Virus record (IMG/VR): IMGVR_UViG_3300005282_000008
Location: 1-64,000 of that record
Strand: one strand, 5' to 3'
From: a virus
Lineage: Duplodnaviria; Caudoviricetes
DNA: 64,000 nucleotides
Shown: positions 6,537-15,183 of the stretch, one piece after another
Layout: each line of letters starts with the position of its first letter
Numbering within the stretch: the stretch's first letter is position 1
Notes under the pieces: model-generated
What the model was told of the DNA's origin: nothing
Seen by the model: the letters and a program-made list of their open reading frames with translations, nothing else
Databases searched by the model: none
Made by a program: the position numbers and the translations under genes

Positions 6537-6872
6537 ATCTTTAAGTTATTGATTACAAAAGAATGGCACGTTTATGGTACGTGCCCAACCCTATTCTGAT
6601 CCGTTTATTTCATCTATCAGTGTGTATCAGCTAACCACTAACAGCGGAAGTCAGTTCCCATACTAGGGGTACTTCCTCCAATTACTAACCCGGGGGAGTG
6701 ATTTGTGTACAGGTTCACACACTTGTTAATCTGATAACTTTTTTTTATTTTAAAAAAATTATTTTATAGGTTCACACGTTTACTAAACCAATTGTTTATG
6801 TATCTTAACCGTTAATGAATGTTAAATATATGTTAATAGTCTATTAAATAATAATAATATTTTATGGATTAG

Positions 6873-6897
6873 CAACCTTAGGTTATTCTATACGTTA
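6873..6897 (+). promoter_or_regulatory. putative phage promoter CAAC-N16-CGTTA
   Basis: Same motif and spacing at 8233 and 8725, each upstream of a plus-strand gene. Confidence 0.6.
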
Positions 6898-6959
6898 AAG
6901 ACAGTATATAACAGTTTAATAATACTCTTACTCTAGAGTAAACATAATATTAGTATAAC

Positions 6960-7157
6960 ATGAATAGTGAACAAGTTAAGAAAGCCGTTGAATCAGGATA
7001 TGTACAGATAGGTAGTAAAATATATAATCTTACTCCAGCAATAGATAATAGATGTAATGATTGTCATTTTGTTAATAGTGGTTGCCCTACAAAAGCAATA
7101 GATGTATGTACAGTTGGACATGTTACTTTACATTTAGTTAAGAAACACAATGGGTGA
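6960..7157 (+). CDS. small Cys-rich protein, paralog of the next gene
   Basis: CxxC...CP...C-T-x-G motif. Confidence 0.7.
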   Translation: MNSEQVKKAVESGYVQIGSKIYNLTPAIDNRCNDCHFVNSGCPTKAIDVCTVGHVTLHLVKKHNG

Positions 7158-7350
7158 ACCAGAGGCAATTGAAGCAATTAGGAAAGGTTCTGTTACTATA
7201 GACGGTACTAAACTAAAGGTAGTTAAACAAGAACATGGTTGGTGCGATGGTTGTATCTACAATAAACAAGAGACAATGCCAATATGCCCAGATTTAGCTA
7301 GACATATATGTTGCACAGGTGGTTATATTTTAATAAAAGGTAGAAGATGA
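7150..7350 (+). CDS. small Cys-rich protein
   Basis: CDGC...CP...CCTGG motif; aligns by eye with 6960..7157. Confidence 0.7.
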   Translation: MGEPEAIEAIRKGSVTIDGTKLKVVKQEHGWCDGCIYNKQETMPICPDLARHICCTGGYILIKGRR

Positions 7351-7449
7351 CAGAATATGAAATTAGAGTAATCAAACTCCAACAACGTGGAGATTGTCCA
7401 CATTTGGCATATTTGATATACCAAGAAAATAATTCTATTTTTAGAAAAA

Positions 7450-7851
7450 ATGAAAATAACAGATCTTGATAAAATTAAAGAATTAACTAAACCATTTATT
7501 ATGCATTATAATGATAGTGAATGGGGTGAAGAAATTCTAATAATGCAAGAACATGGATTAGCATTTGCTCGTATATATTGGTATAATGATGACGACACTT
7601 CAGTATATTTAGATTGGTTAAGTGTATCAGAAGATTCCCGTAAACAAGGTATTGGTACAAAATTAATAACATTATTAGAAGAAATTGGAAGATTATTAGG
7701 TGCTTCATTTTCTTATTTATATGTAAGAAAGATGTCATGGATGTATGACTGGTATAAAAGAAATTCATATATTGATTATAAAGAAAATAAAGATAATACA
7801 AATATGATATGGATGGTAAAATCATTAATAAAAGATAAAGATGGAAAATAG
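7450..7851 (+). CDS. GNAT family acetyltransferase
   Basis: LSVSEDSRKQGIGTKLI motif A; WYKR near the C-terminus. Confidence 0.85.
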   Translation: MKITDLDKIKELTKPFIMHYNDSEWGEEILIMQEHGLAFARIYWYNDDDTSVYLDWLSVSEDSRKQGIGTKLITLLEEIGRLLGASFSYLYVRKMSWMYDWYKRNSYIDYKENKDNTNMIWMVKSLIKDKDGK

Positions 7852-8248
7852 TATAGCAAGAATAAAGGAATTGGATATTGAATATAAAGTTGCATCTGAT
7901 AAGATGAATAATATTAACAATGAGATGCGTAAACTTATAAATGATATAGATTTATCTGGTAAATGTTTCTTCGTAACTAAGACTAATAACTATGAAGTAT
8001 TAATTAAGTTATTAAATAGAATTGAACACAAACCTATAGAAGATTGTGAGGATATTGATTTACCTAATCTAGAATATACTGCGATTAAGATAAGTAAATA
8101 CACTAGTTCAAAGGGTATAATTGATTATAGTATATCTAATGATGTTGAATATATCTATCCAGATAAGATAATTAATGAGATAACAGAAGAAGAATTTGTT
8201 AGTTATTTTACTAATGTTAATAAAGAAATAAGCAACCTTCTCGATTAA
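7841..8248 (+). CDS. hypothetical protein
   Basis: ORF overlapping the GNAT stop. Confidence 0.65.
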   Translation: MENSIARIKELDIEYKVASDKMNNINNEMRKLINDIDLSGKCFFVTKTNNYEVLIKLLNRIEHKPIEDCEDIDLPNLEYTAIKISKYTSSKGIIDYSISNDVEYIYPDKIINEITEEEFVSYFTNVNKEISNLLD

Positions 8249-8257
8249 ATTACGTTA
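8233..8257 (+). promoter_or_regulatory. putative phage promoter CAAC-N16-CGTTA
   Basis: Second copy of the motif. Confidence 0.6.
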
Positions 8258-8277
8258 TTGATATAAAATAATATATT

Positions 8278-8640
8278 ATGGAAGAAATTAAAGATCCCCT
8301 TTTGGAAGAAGTTATTGCTGGTATTGGTTATAGTCCTATTACTTGTTTTCTAGTTAAACCATTAGAACCTATTATGGTTAGTAAAGATATTACTACTATG
8401 AAACCTAATGGTGTTAAAGATGAAGATGGTATAGAAGGATTCGACACAGAAACTGAAACAAAAGAAGTAGAGTCTAATTTTAAAGAAGGTATTGTACTTA
8501 AGTTACCATTGCAAGGTGCTTGTGATAATGTTTATATTGGTACAAGAATTGTTTATAATAAGAAATTTGCAATTGATTTTGATTTGTTTAAAGATTCACA
8601 ATTGGTTAAACCTTTTGATATTGTTGCAATAAAAGATTAG
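8278..8640 (+). CDS. GroES-like co-chaperonin
   Basis: LVKP...EGIVLK...IGTRIVY...DIVA pattern of the GroES beta-barrel. Confidence 0.6.
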   Translation: MEEIKDPLLEEVIAGIGYSPITCFLVKPLEPIMVSKDITTMKPNGVKDEDGIEGFDTETETKEVESNFKEGIVLKLPLQGACDNVYIGTRIVYNKKFAIDFDLFKDSQLVKPFDIVAIKD

Positions 8641-8671
8641 TTATAGTTAGTGTTAGGTTGTGTGTTATACT

Positions 8672-8702
8672 AGGCTGGGTATTAAGTTATCCAGCCTTTT
8701 TT
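8672..8702 (+). terminator. rho-independent terminator
   Basis: AGGCTGGGTA-TTAAGT-TATCCAGCCT followed by T-tract. Confidence 0.85.
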
Positions 8703-8724
8703 ACGTTTAATTGTTAACATAGTA

Positions 8725-8749
8725 CAACATTATAGCGGTTCTTGCGTTA
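8725..8749 (+). promoter_or_regulatory. putative phage promoter CAAC-N16-CGTTA
   Basis: Third copy, directly after a terminator. Confidence 0.6.
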
Positions 8750-8769
8750 TAGATATAAAACAAACTAAT

Positions 8770-8907
8770 ATGACTGAAGATAAAGAATTTAAACGTAGAA
8801 TAGAAACAATGGAGATGCTTATGATTAATCAATCCAATACGATTAGAGGAGAACATTGGTTTCATTCTGATATTTATACAGCCTATATGTGTAATTTAAA
8901 TAATTAA
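8770..8907 (+). CDS. small hypothetical protein (45 aa)
   Basis: Read by eye MTEDKEFKRRIETMEML...; fills the gap between the promoter motif and 8912. Confidence 0.5.
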   Translation: MTEDKEFKRRIETMEMLMINQSNTIRGEHWFHSDIYTAYMCNLNN

Positions 8908-8911
8908 TAAA

Positions 8912-9319
8912 ATGAGTGATTTTAAAGTAATTAAAGAATTCGGTCTTGCTGACTTTAACGATGTGTTTTGCTATGATGAAGATAATGATACATATGTACT
9001 ATGTATGACATATTCTAATGGTGATTATAAGGTTTTAGAAGATATAAAACTAGTACCATCTATTGTAGATATTCTTGCTAAAGAAGGTTATCTTAAAGAG
9101 ATAAAAGCAGAACCTGTTATTACTCCAGAAGTGAATAAACTGAAAGAAGTAAGTGATTTTGTTTATAAGCAGATCGAGAACTGTAAGAAAGATAATACAG
9201 TTATTGCAAATAAGTTTGATAAAGGTGAGATTCAACCGTGTGTTAAAGTTGAAAGTGATACCGTACATTATAATTTATTGAAAGTACTTAACCACATTAA
9301 AGATATTATTAATGAATAA
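8912..9319 (+). CDS. hypothetical protein
   Basis: ORF; overlaps the next gene. Confidence 0.75.
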   Translation: MSDFKVIKEFGLADFNDVFCYDEDNDTYVLCMTYSNGDYKVLEDIKLVPSIVDILAKEGYLKEIKAEPVITPEVNKLKEVSDFVYKQIENCKKDNTVIANKFDKGEIQPCVKVESDTVHYNLLKVLNHIKDIINE

Positions 9320-9680
9320 ATTAGTAAAAACTGTATCAAACAGTGATCTTTATAAGGAGTTTTTAAAGTCCTTAAATGGTATATTAAATCTTACAGACAG
9401 GGAATTAGAACTGATGGCTACGTTTGTTAAACTAGACATAGAGTATCAGAAGTTTCCTGGAATAAGTAAGAATGTTGCAAATACAATCAATCGTAAATTT
9501 ATAATTCAAAGTATGCATATTACTAGAGATAATCTAAGTAGGTATATTAAGAGATTTAAAGAACAAGGTTTACTTGTACAAGGTAAAGTTGAAGATGAGT
9601 TATTTGTTAACAAAATGTTAATACCAGAGATCATTGTGGATAGAGTACAGATAACAATAATATTAAAATTAAACAAATGA
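9312..9680 (+). CDS. winged-HTH / RepL-like DNA-binding protein
   Basis: LTDRELELM...ITRDNLSRYIKRFKEQGLL HTH pattern; syntenic position in crAss-like phages. Confidence 0.7.
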   Translation: MNKLVKTVSNSDLYKEFLKSLNGILNLTDRELELMATFVKLDIEYQKFPGISKNVANTINRKFIIQSMHITRDNLSRYIKRFKEQGLLVQGKVEDELFVNKMLIPEIIVDRVQITIILKLNK

Positions 9681-10048
9681 ACAATAGTGAAATAAAGCCA
9701 GGTATGATCCTTTTAGAAAAAAGGTATAACTGTATCAAAAGATTAATATACAAAGTACTTGGTAAAGAGTTACCTTTTAATAGTCTGTGTCTTACTCTAG
9801 GAGAACTTATACATGATAATAATGGAGTGTGGTATACTCCTAAGAAAGATTATTCTAAAGTAGAAATAGCAAAGTTAGAGTTACTACTAGATGATGCTAG
9901 TTTATCTGCAGTAGAAATTATTAATCTTATTAGACCAAAGACAATTACAAATGTAGATACTTTTAGAATCGATGACATTGCTAAGAACAAGTATTACAAA
10001 GTAATAGATGGCAAAGAAACAAAACATATATCAGGAACTAGGAAGTAA
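9677..10048 (+). CDS. hypothetical protein
   Basis: Coupled ORF. Confidence 0.7.
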   Translation: MNNSEIKPGMILLEKRYNCIKRLIYKVLGKELPFNSLCLTLGELIHDNNGVWYTPKKDYSKVEIAKLELLLDDASLSAVEIINLIRPKTITNVDTFRIDDIAKNKYYKVIDGKETKHISGTRK

Positions 10049-10226
10049 GTATAGTTTACCTCAACATGTAATAGAAGTTATATGTAATAGTCCATTTAAA
10101 TTTGCGAATAAAGTAATGCAAGATCCCAATGATCTTACACCAGTAATGTTTGCTTATCTATTTAAAATTAAATTAAAGAATTATTATGCTACCACAAAAC
10201 AACGACAAAGAGATGCAGGTAAATGA
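10008..10226 (+). CDS. IHF/HU-like small DNA-binding protein
   Basis: IYQELGSKYSLPQHVIEVIC...YLFKIK; size and position typical of the crAss IHF-like subunit. Confidence 0.55.
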   Translation: MAKKQNIYQELGSKYSLPQHVIEVICNSPFKFANKVMQDPNDLTPVMFAYLFKIKLKNYYATTKQRQRDAGK

Positions 10227-10719
10227 TTTTAAGAAAGATCGTATCGATGGTAAATTAAGATGGGAATTATTACCTTTAGACTTAATTGAAGATCTTGTTA
10301 AAATATATGGGGAAGGTGCAAAGAAGTATTTTGTAGAAAGTTGGAAGCAAATAGATGATGGTAAGAATCGTTGTAAAGGTGCTTTATTAAGACATTTACT
10401 TGAGTCTGAAACTAAAGATTTTGATGATGAAACAGGATGTTATCATTTGGCACAAGTGGCATGGAATGCTTTAACAATGTTATGGTATAGAAAACAAGAA
10501 TTAAAAGATACTACAAAAATTAGTGATTTAAATTTAAGTTGCACTAAAAAACAAGAATTGGACCATAATAATATTGATACATTTGTTAATTATACTAAAG
10601 AAACTTTAGGTGATCAAAATTATTTGCATACTGGTGATAAAGAGATTAAAGTGGATGGTAAGATAGAAAAATGTGCTATAATTAAACAAGGTTACGACTA
10701 CAGTTTAACAAAAGGTTGA
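10186..10719 (+). CDS. dATP/dGTP diphosphohydrolase (DUF5664-like)
   Basis: K.RWELLP...GAKKY...WK...ALLRHL...DDETG.YHLAQVAWNAL signature. Confidence 0.85.
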   Translation: MLPQNNDKEMQVNDFKKDRIDGKLRWELLPLDLIEDLVKIYGEGAKKYFVESWKQIDDGKNRCKGALLRHLLESETKDFDDETGCYHLAQVAWNALTMLWYRKQELKDTTKISDLNLSCTKKQELDHNNIDTFVNYTKETLGDQNYLHTGDKEIKVDGKIEKCAIIKQGYDYSLTKG

Positions 10720-10725
10720 TATAAT

Positions 10726-10941
10726 ATGGATATTCTTAATTCAAATATGGTTGAGTATTCTAATACTATAACAAATAAATCTTTAATAGATCTTACAAAA
10801 GATATATTTAATAAACCAGAAAGACCTACAATACATACTCTTCGTGTTGGTTCATATATAATAAGTGGTACTGACTATGCGCAAGTTGTAAAAAAGTTTA
10901 TTAAAGTTTGTAAAGAAGAATTTATCAATGAAGAAAAATAA
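10726..10941 (+). CDS. hypothetical protein
   Basis: ORF in operon. Confidence 0.55.
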   Translation: MDILNSNMVEYSNTITNKSLIDLTKDIFNKPERPTIHTLRVGSYIISGTDYAQVVKKFIKVCKEEFINEEK

Positions 10942-11320
10942 TAATGTATATCCTAAAGTCAATATAACTAAATGTGGTTTTGATCAATCTAGTTATCAAT
11001 ATGATAATATGAAATGGGATGCTGCAACAATGGTGGCATTTTGTAAAAGAAAAGACTATAAGACTTTTGATATGCCATTGGCATGCGTAAATTTAAAGAA
11101 ATTTCCTTTTGTTGTAGATAGTTTTAGTGATTTTATTTATCATGCACAAAGAGTAAATAATACTGATTTAAAGTATCCAATATTAATAGATGATGATGGT
11201 ATTATATGTGATGGTTGGCATCGTATTGCAAAAGCTTTACTAGAAGGTAAGACTTCGATAAAAGCAATTAGAATGGAAGAAATGCCAAATGTATCAGGTT
11301 ATACTAACATAAAAGAATAA
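10928..11320 (+). CDS. ParB/sulfiredoxin-like protein
   Basis: YPILID.DG.ICDGWHRIAKA motif. Confidence 0.8.
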   Translation: MKKNNNVYPKVNITKCGFDQSSYQYDNMKWDAATMVAFCKRKDYKTFDMPLACVNLKKFPFVVDSFSDFIYHAQRVNNTDLKYPILIDDDGIICDGWHRIAKALLEGKTSIKAIRMEEMPNVSGYTNIKE

Positions 11321-11333
11321 AAAAATAAAAGAA

Positions 11334-11855
11334 ATGATTAAGTTTAAAAAATTAGATTATACAGTAAAAGATAAAGAAGGTAATGAAACTACAATTACTT
11401 CTCAGGGAGTATTACCAACAAGAGCGCATAGTACAGATGCGGGACTAGATTTAACAGCAACTAGGCTTACTCAAGAAGTAGATGCTAGTGGTAAGTTAAC
11501 TCTAGTGTATCATACTGATATTGCAGTGGAGATTCCAGAAGGATTTGTTGGGTTATTGTTTATGAGAAGTTCAATTGCGAATAGGTCTATTACTCTAGTT
11601 AATGCAGTAGGTGTGATTGATTCTGGTTATAGAGGTGAAATCATTAGTAAGTTTAAGATTACTACAGATGCCATTCCTTCAGTATACCAGCCAGGTGAGA
11701 AGTTTGCACAGTTAGTTATTGTACCAATTCAATTAGATGATACTGAATTTGTAGATGAACTTAGTGAGTCAGATAGAGATACAGATGGTTTTGGTTCTAC
11801 TGAGAAGAATGAAACTGTTGAATCTGAAGTAAGCAATAATGAAATTAAAGAATAA
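11334..11855 (+). CDS. dut: trimeric dUTPase
   Basis: AGLDL, RSS, GVIDSGYRGEI, AQL and R..DGFGST motifs. Confidence 0.95.
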   Translation: MIKFKKLDYTVKDKEGNETTITSQGVLPTRAHSTDAGLDLTATRLTQEVDASGKLTLVYHTDIAVEIPEGFVGLLFMRSSIANRSITLVNAVGVIDSGYRGEIISKFKITTDAIPSVYQPGEKFAQLVIVPIQLDDTEFVDELSESDRDTDGFGSTEKNETVESEVSNNEIKE

Positions 11856-12237
11856 TATTATGAAGTATATTTTAACTAATAAAAATAGAAATACCTTATT
11901 AAAAATTAATGTTGAAACTTTAAATTTTGATGTGTGTGAACGAGCGCCTATAGAAATTGATTATAGTTGGTTTATTGAAGAAGATGGTTTATTAGAATAT
12001 GCTGGTAAAACTTATGAAGTAAATGCGGGGGATACTGTGATTATGGTGTATTCAATAACAAAAGAAACTCAAAATTTACCATATAAAGATCGTGTTAGAG
12101 AAATTTTGGTTATTGAAAGAGATTCTACATTTGGTAAATATATTAATAGGAGACATACTGAAATATTAGAAGAATCTAAAAAAGACTTTGAGTCAAAAAA
12201 ACTTGGTGAATGTTGTACAGAATCATGTTCTAATTAA
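11839..12237 (+). CDS. hypothetical protein
   Basis: ORF in operon. Confidence 0.65.
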   Translation: MKLKNNIMKYILTNKNRNTLLKINVETLNFDVCERAPIEIDYSWFIEEDGLLEYAGKTYEVNAGDTVIMVYSITKETQNLPYKDRVREILVIERDSTFGKYINRRHTEILEESKKDFESKKLGECCTESCSN

Positions 12238-12239
12238 TT

Positions 12240-12773
12240 ATGAAGTTCTTTGATATACAAGATGGTAAAGTGGTAATCCATCCAGATGCACTTGGATTAC
12301 CATTCTTTCATAAGTTATGGGATTCTGAAGATGATAAAGATCTAGTTAATAAGTGGATAACATTTGTTATTTTTAAAAACTATTATGATTCGCCATATGT
12401 AAAAGCATACTCAAGTTCTGAATTGGAACCTAAGGTAAAGTTGGATGTATTTGATGATAAAACTTATATAATACCAGATAAGGTTAGACTAGTTGAAACT
12501 GAATTTAATGAAACTTTACAAAATTCTTTACTACTTAGATTCTTAATGAGCTCTAGAAAAAAGATAGACTCTATTAGAGAATACTATGAGAATTCATTAG
12601 CAGATGAATTAGATGACGGTAAAGTACAAAAGATAATGATGTCTATGGCTAAAGTTGCTGATATGTTTACTAGTTTAAAGAATCTAGAGAAGGCAGTTAA
12701 GGTTGAAGAATCAGAATCAGAACGAGCAAGGGGTGGTGCTGAAGTTAGTTGGTTTGAACAAGTTAGGAAGTAA
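12240..12773 (+). CDS. hypothetical protein, candidate terminase small subunit
   Basis: Helical protein upstream of TerL; function inferred from position only. Confidence 0.5.
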   Translation: MKFFDIQDGKVVIHPDALGLPFFHKLWDSEDDKDLVNKWITFVIFKNYYDSPYVKAYSSSELEPKVKLDVFDDKTYIIPDKVRLVETEFNETLQNSLLLRFLMSSRKKIDSIREYYENSLADELDDGKVQKIMMSMAKVADMFTSLKNLEKAVKVEESESERARGGAEVSWFEQVRK

Positions 12774-12846
12774 AAAGTTGTACATTGAAGTACACAAATA
12801 AAAACAAAAAGAAATTAAAACGTTTTAAATTAAAAATTAAGATATT

Positions 12847-13098
12847 ATGACAAAGACTAAGAATAATTCTGTAGTAGATACTACATTGGAAAATACAGTT
12901 AATGTTAATGAAGTTGGTGCTAATAATAAGATTATATTAGACTTTACTCAAGATAAACCAACAGGATTAGTTATTGCAGAAGCAAAGAAAGCTAATGGTT
13001 TAACATTAAACAATAATGATTTAGATTGGTTAGAACAGAATAAAGTAGGGTTTTTTACAAAGGTAAAAACTTATATTAAGACTCTATTTAAAAAGTAA
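12847..13098 (+). CDS. hypothetical protein
   Basis: ORF directly upstream of TerL. Confidence 0.65.
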   Translation: MTKTKNNSVVDTTLENTVNVNEVGANNKIILDFTQDKPTGLVIAEAKKANGLTLNNNDLDWLEQNKVGFFTKVKTYIKTLFKK

Positions 13099-13104
13099 AC
13101 TAAT

Positions 13105-15181
13105 ATGGTTGATTTCACTAAAAAGATCAAAAATAGTGATAAATTTAGAGGCCCTGCTTTGGAGTATATTCGAAGCGGGGTTTACTGTTCATATCCTAGA
13201 GGAACTACCGAATATATCAAATTTTGGGAAGAAGAACAGGAAAGATGTATAAATGGGTATACTGCATCCGATGGTGATCGCATCACTGGATATTATTATT
13301 TCTATTTGAATTACTGTCCTATTCTACGAATTGTGAATAGACTTACTGTAGATAAAGATGGTAAACAACATAATAAACGAGGTAGTGAATTAACATTTCC
13401 AGACTTCTATGATTATGATTATTACTATTATAATTCTGTGCAATTAGCTGAAGATGAAGGTAAACACTTATGTGTAATTAAATCTCGTAGAAAGGGATAT
13501 TCATATAAAGGCGGTTCAATGGCCTGCCGTAATTATTATCTTATTCCTAATTCAAAGACATATGTTTATGCTTCAAATAAACAGTATCTTACTGAAGATG
13601 GTATACTTACCAAAGCTTGGGAATATATGGACTTTTATTGATAAGAACACAGCTTGGGGTAAGAAACGTACAGTGAGTACTACAATGCGTCGTAGAGCTG
13701 CTTATATCATTACTGATGAGTTTGGTAATAAAATAGAATGTGGTTATAAGTCAGAAATTATTGGAGTGTCACTAAAAGATAACCCTGATGCACTACGTGG
13801 TAAACGTGCTAAATTAATTCTATTTGAAGAGGGTGGTACATTCTCAGAATTAGGTGCAGCATGGCAAATCGCTAGACCATCTGTAGAACAAGATGGACTT
13901 ACCTTTGGATTAATGATTGTATGGGGTACAGGTGGTGATGAAGGTTCTGCTTTTGCTACATTAAAGGATATGTTTTATCATCCAGATGGATATAACTGTT
14001 TGGGTTTTAAGAATATATGGGATGATGATTATTCTGATAATAAATGTGGATTCTTTATACCACAATATACAAATCTAGATAATAGAGATGAATTTGGTAA
14101 TAGGATCTATATGGATAATGATGGTAATACTATTCATAAACCATCATTACAATTTATATTAGAAGAACGTCGTAAAGTAACTGAAACTGCTACAAGTACT
14201 ACTGCAATTGATAGATACGTTGCAGAACGTCCAGTAACGCCTAAGGAGGCAATGTTAGAGTTTAATGGTAATATCTTTCCTAAGAAAGAGATGCAAATGC
14301 AGTTATCTTACATTAGAACTAACAAAAAATTACATAATCAAAAACACATTGGTGATCTAGTTTGGGAACAAGGCATTCCAAAATGGATACCAAAGAAAAC
14401 AGGTGATATTACTCAATACCCATTACCAAAAGATGCAGATCCTACTGGTTCTATAGTTATATGGGAGCATCCTATGAAAGATCCACCAATAGGTTTATAT
14501 ATTGCTGGCTGTGACCCCTACGATCACGATCAGTCTGGTACTAATTCATTAGGTTCCACTTTTATATACAAACGTATTCAAAGTTTTGAAGAATATTATG
14601 AGATGCCTGTTGCAGAATATACAGGTAGACCAGAAACAGCTGAGGCGTACTACGAAAACGTTCGTAAGTTATTGGTGTATTATAATGCTAGGTTACTTTA
14701 TGAAAATGAACGTAAAGGTATATTCCCATACTTTACTTCTAAACATTGTGATTATTTATTAGCAGATCAACCTGATATTATTAAGGATATTGTTGGTAAA
14801 TCTGGAGTAAATAGACAGAAAGGTATCCACATGAGCAAACCCATTAAAGATTGGATGGAAGGTCTAATTAAAGAATGGTTATGTGAGGAATATGCGCCTG
14901 GTAAAAAGAACTTAACAAAGTTATTATCTGAACCGTTACTTGAAGAACTCATTAGTTATAATGACACTGGCAATTTCGATAGAGTAATCGCATTTGGACT
15001 TCTAATGGTCTACAGAGAACAATTACACAACCTTCATGTAAAAGATAAAAAGAAGGTACAAAAGAAATTAGATTTATTTGGGAGTCCTATTTTTAGTGAT
15101 ACTTGGTGGGGTAATACTAAAGATGATTCAATAGATAATGATAGAACAAACACAACAACTGAAGAAATATATACTTTTTAA
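13105..15181 (+). CDS. terL: terminase large subunit (split by an extra T at ~13635)
   Basis: KSRRKGYS Walker A, ILFEEGG Walker B, GTGG motif, IAGCDPY nuclease and NFDRV; removing one T from ACTTTTATTG gives WEYMDFIDKNTAWG. Confidence 0.95.
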
Positions 15182-15183
15182 TT

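Noticed and set aside
12802-12825. Fourth copy of the CAAC-N16-CGTTA promoter
   Set aside because: Reads AAAC-N15-CGTTT; both boxes and the spacing deviate.
13625-13645. Programmed frameshift or intron in terL
   Set aside because: One extra T in a homopolymer explains it, with no intervening sequence; three other genes show the same insertion-type defect.
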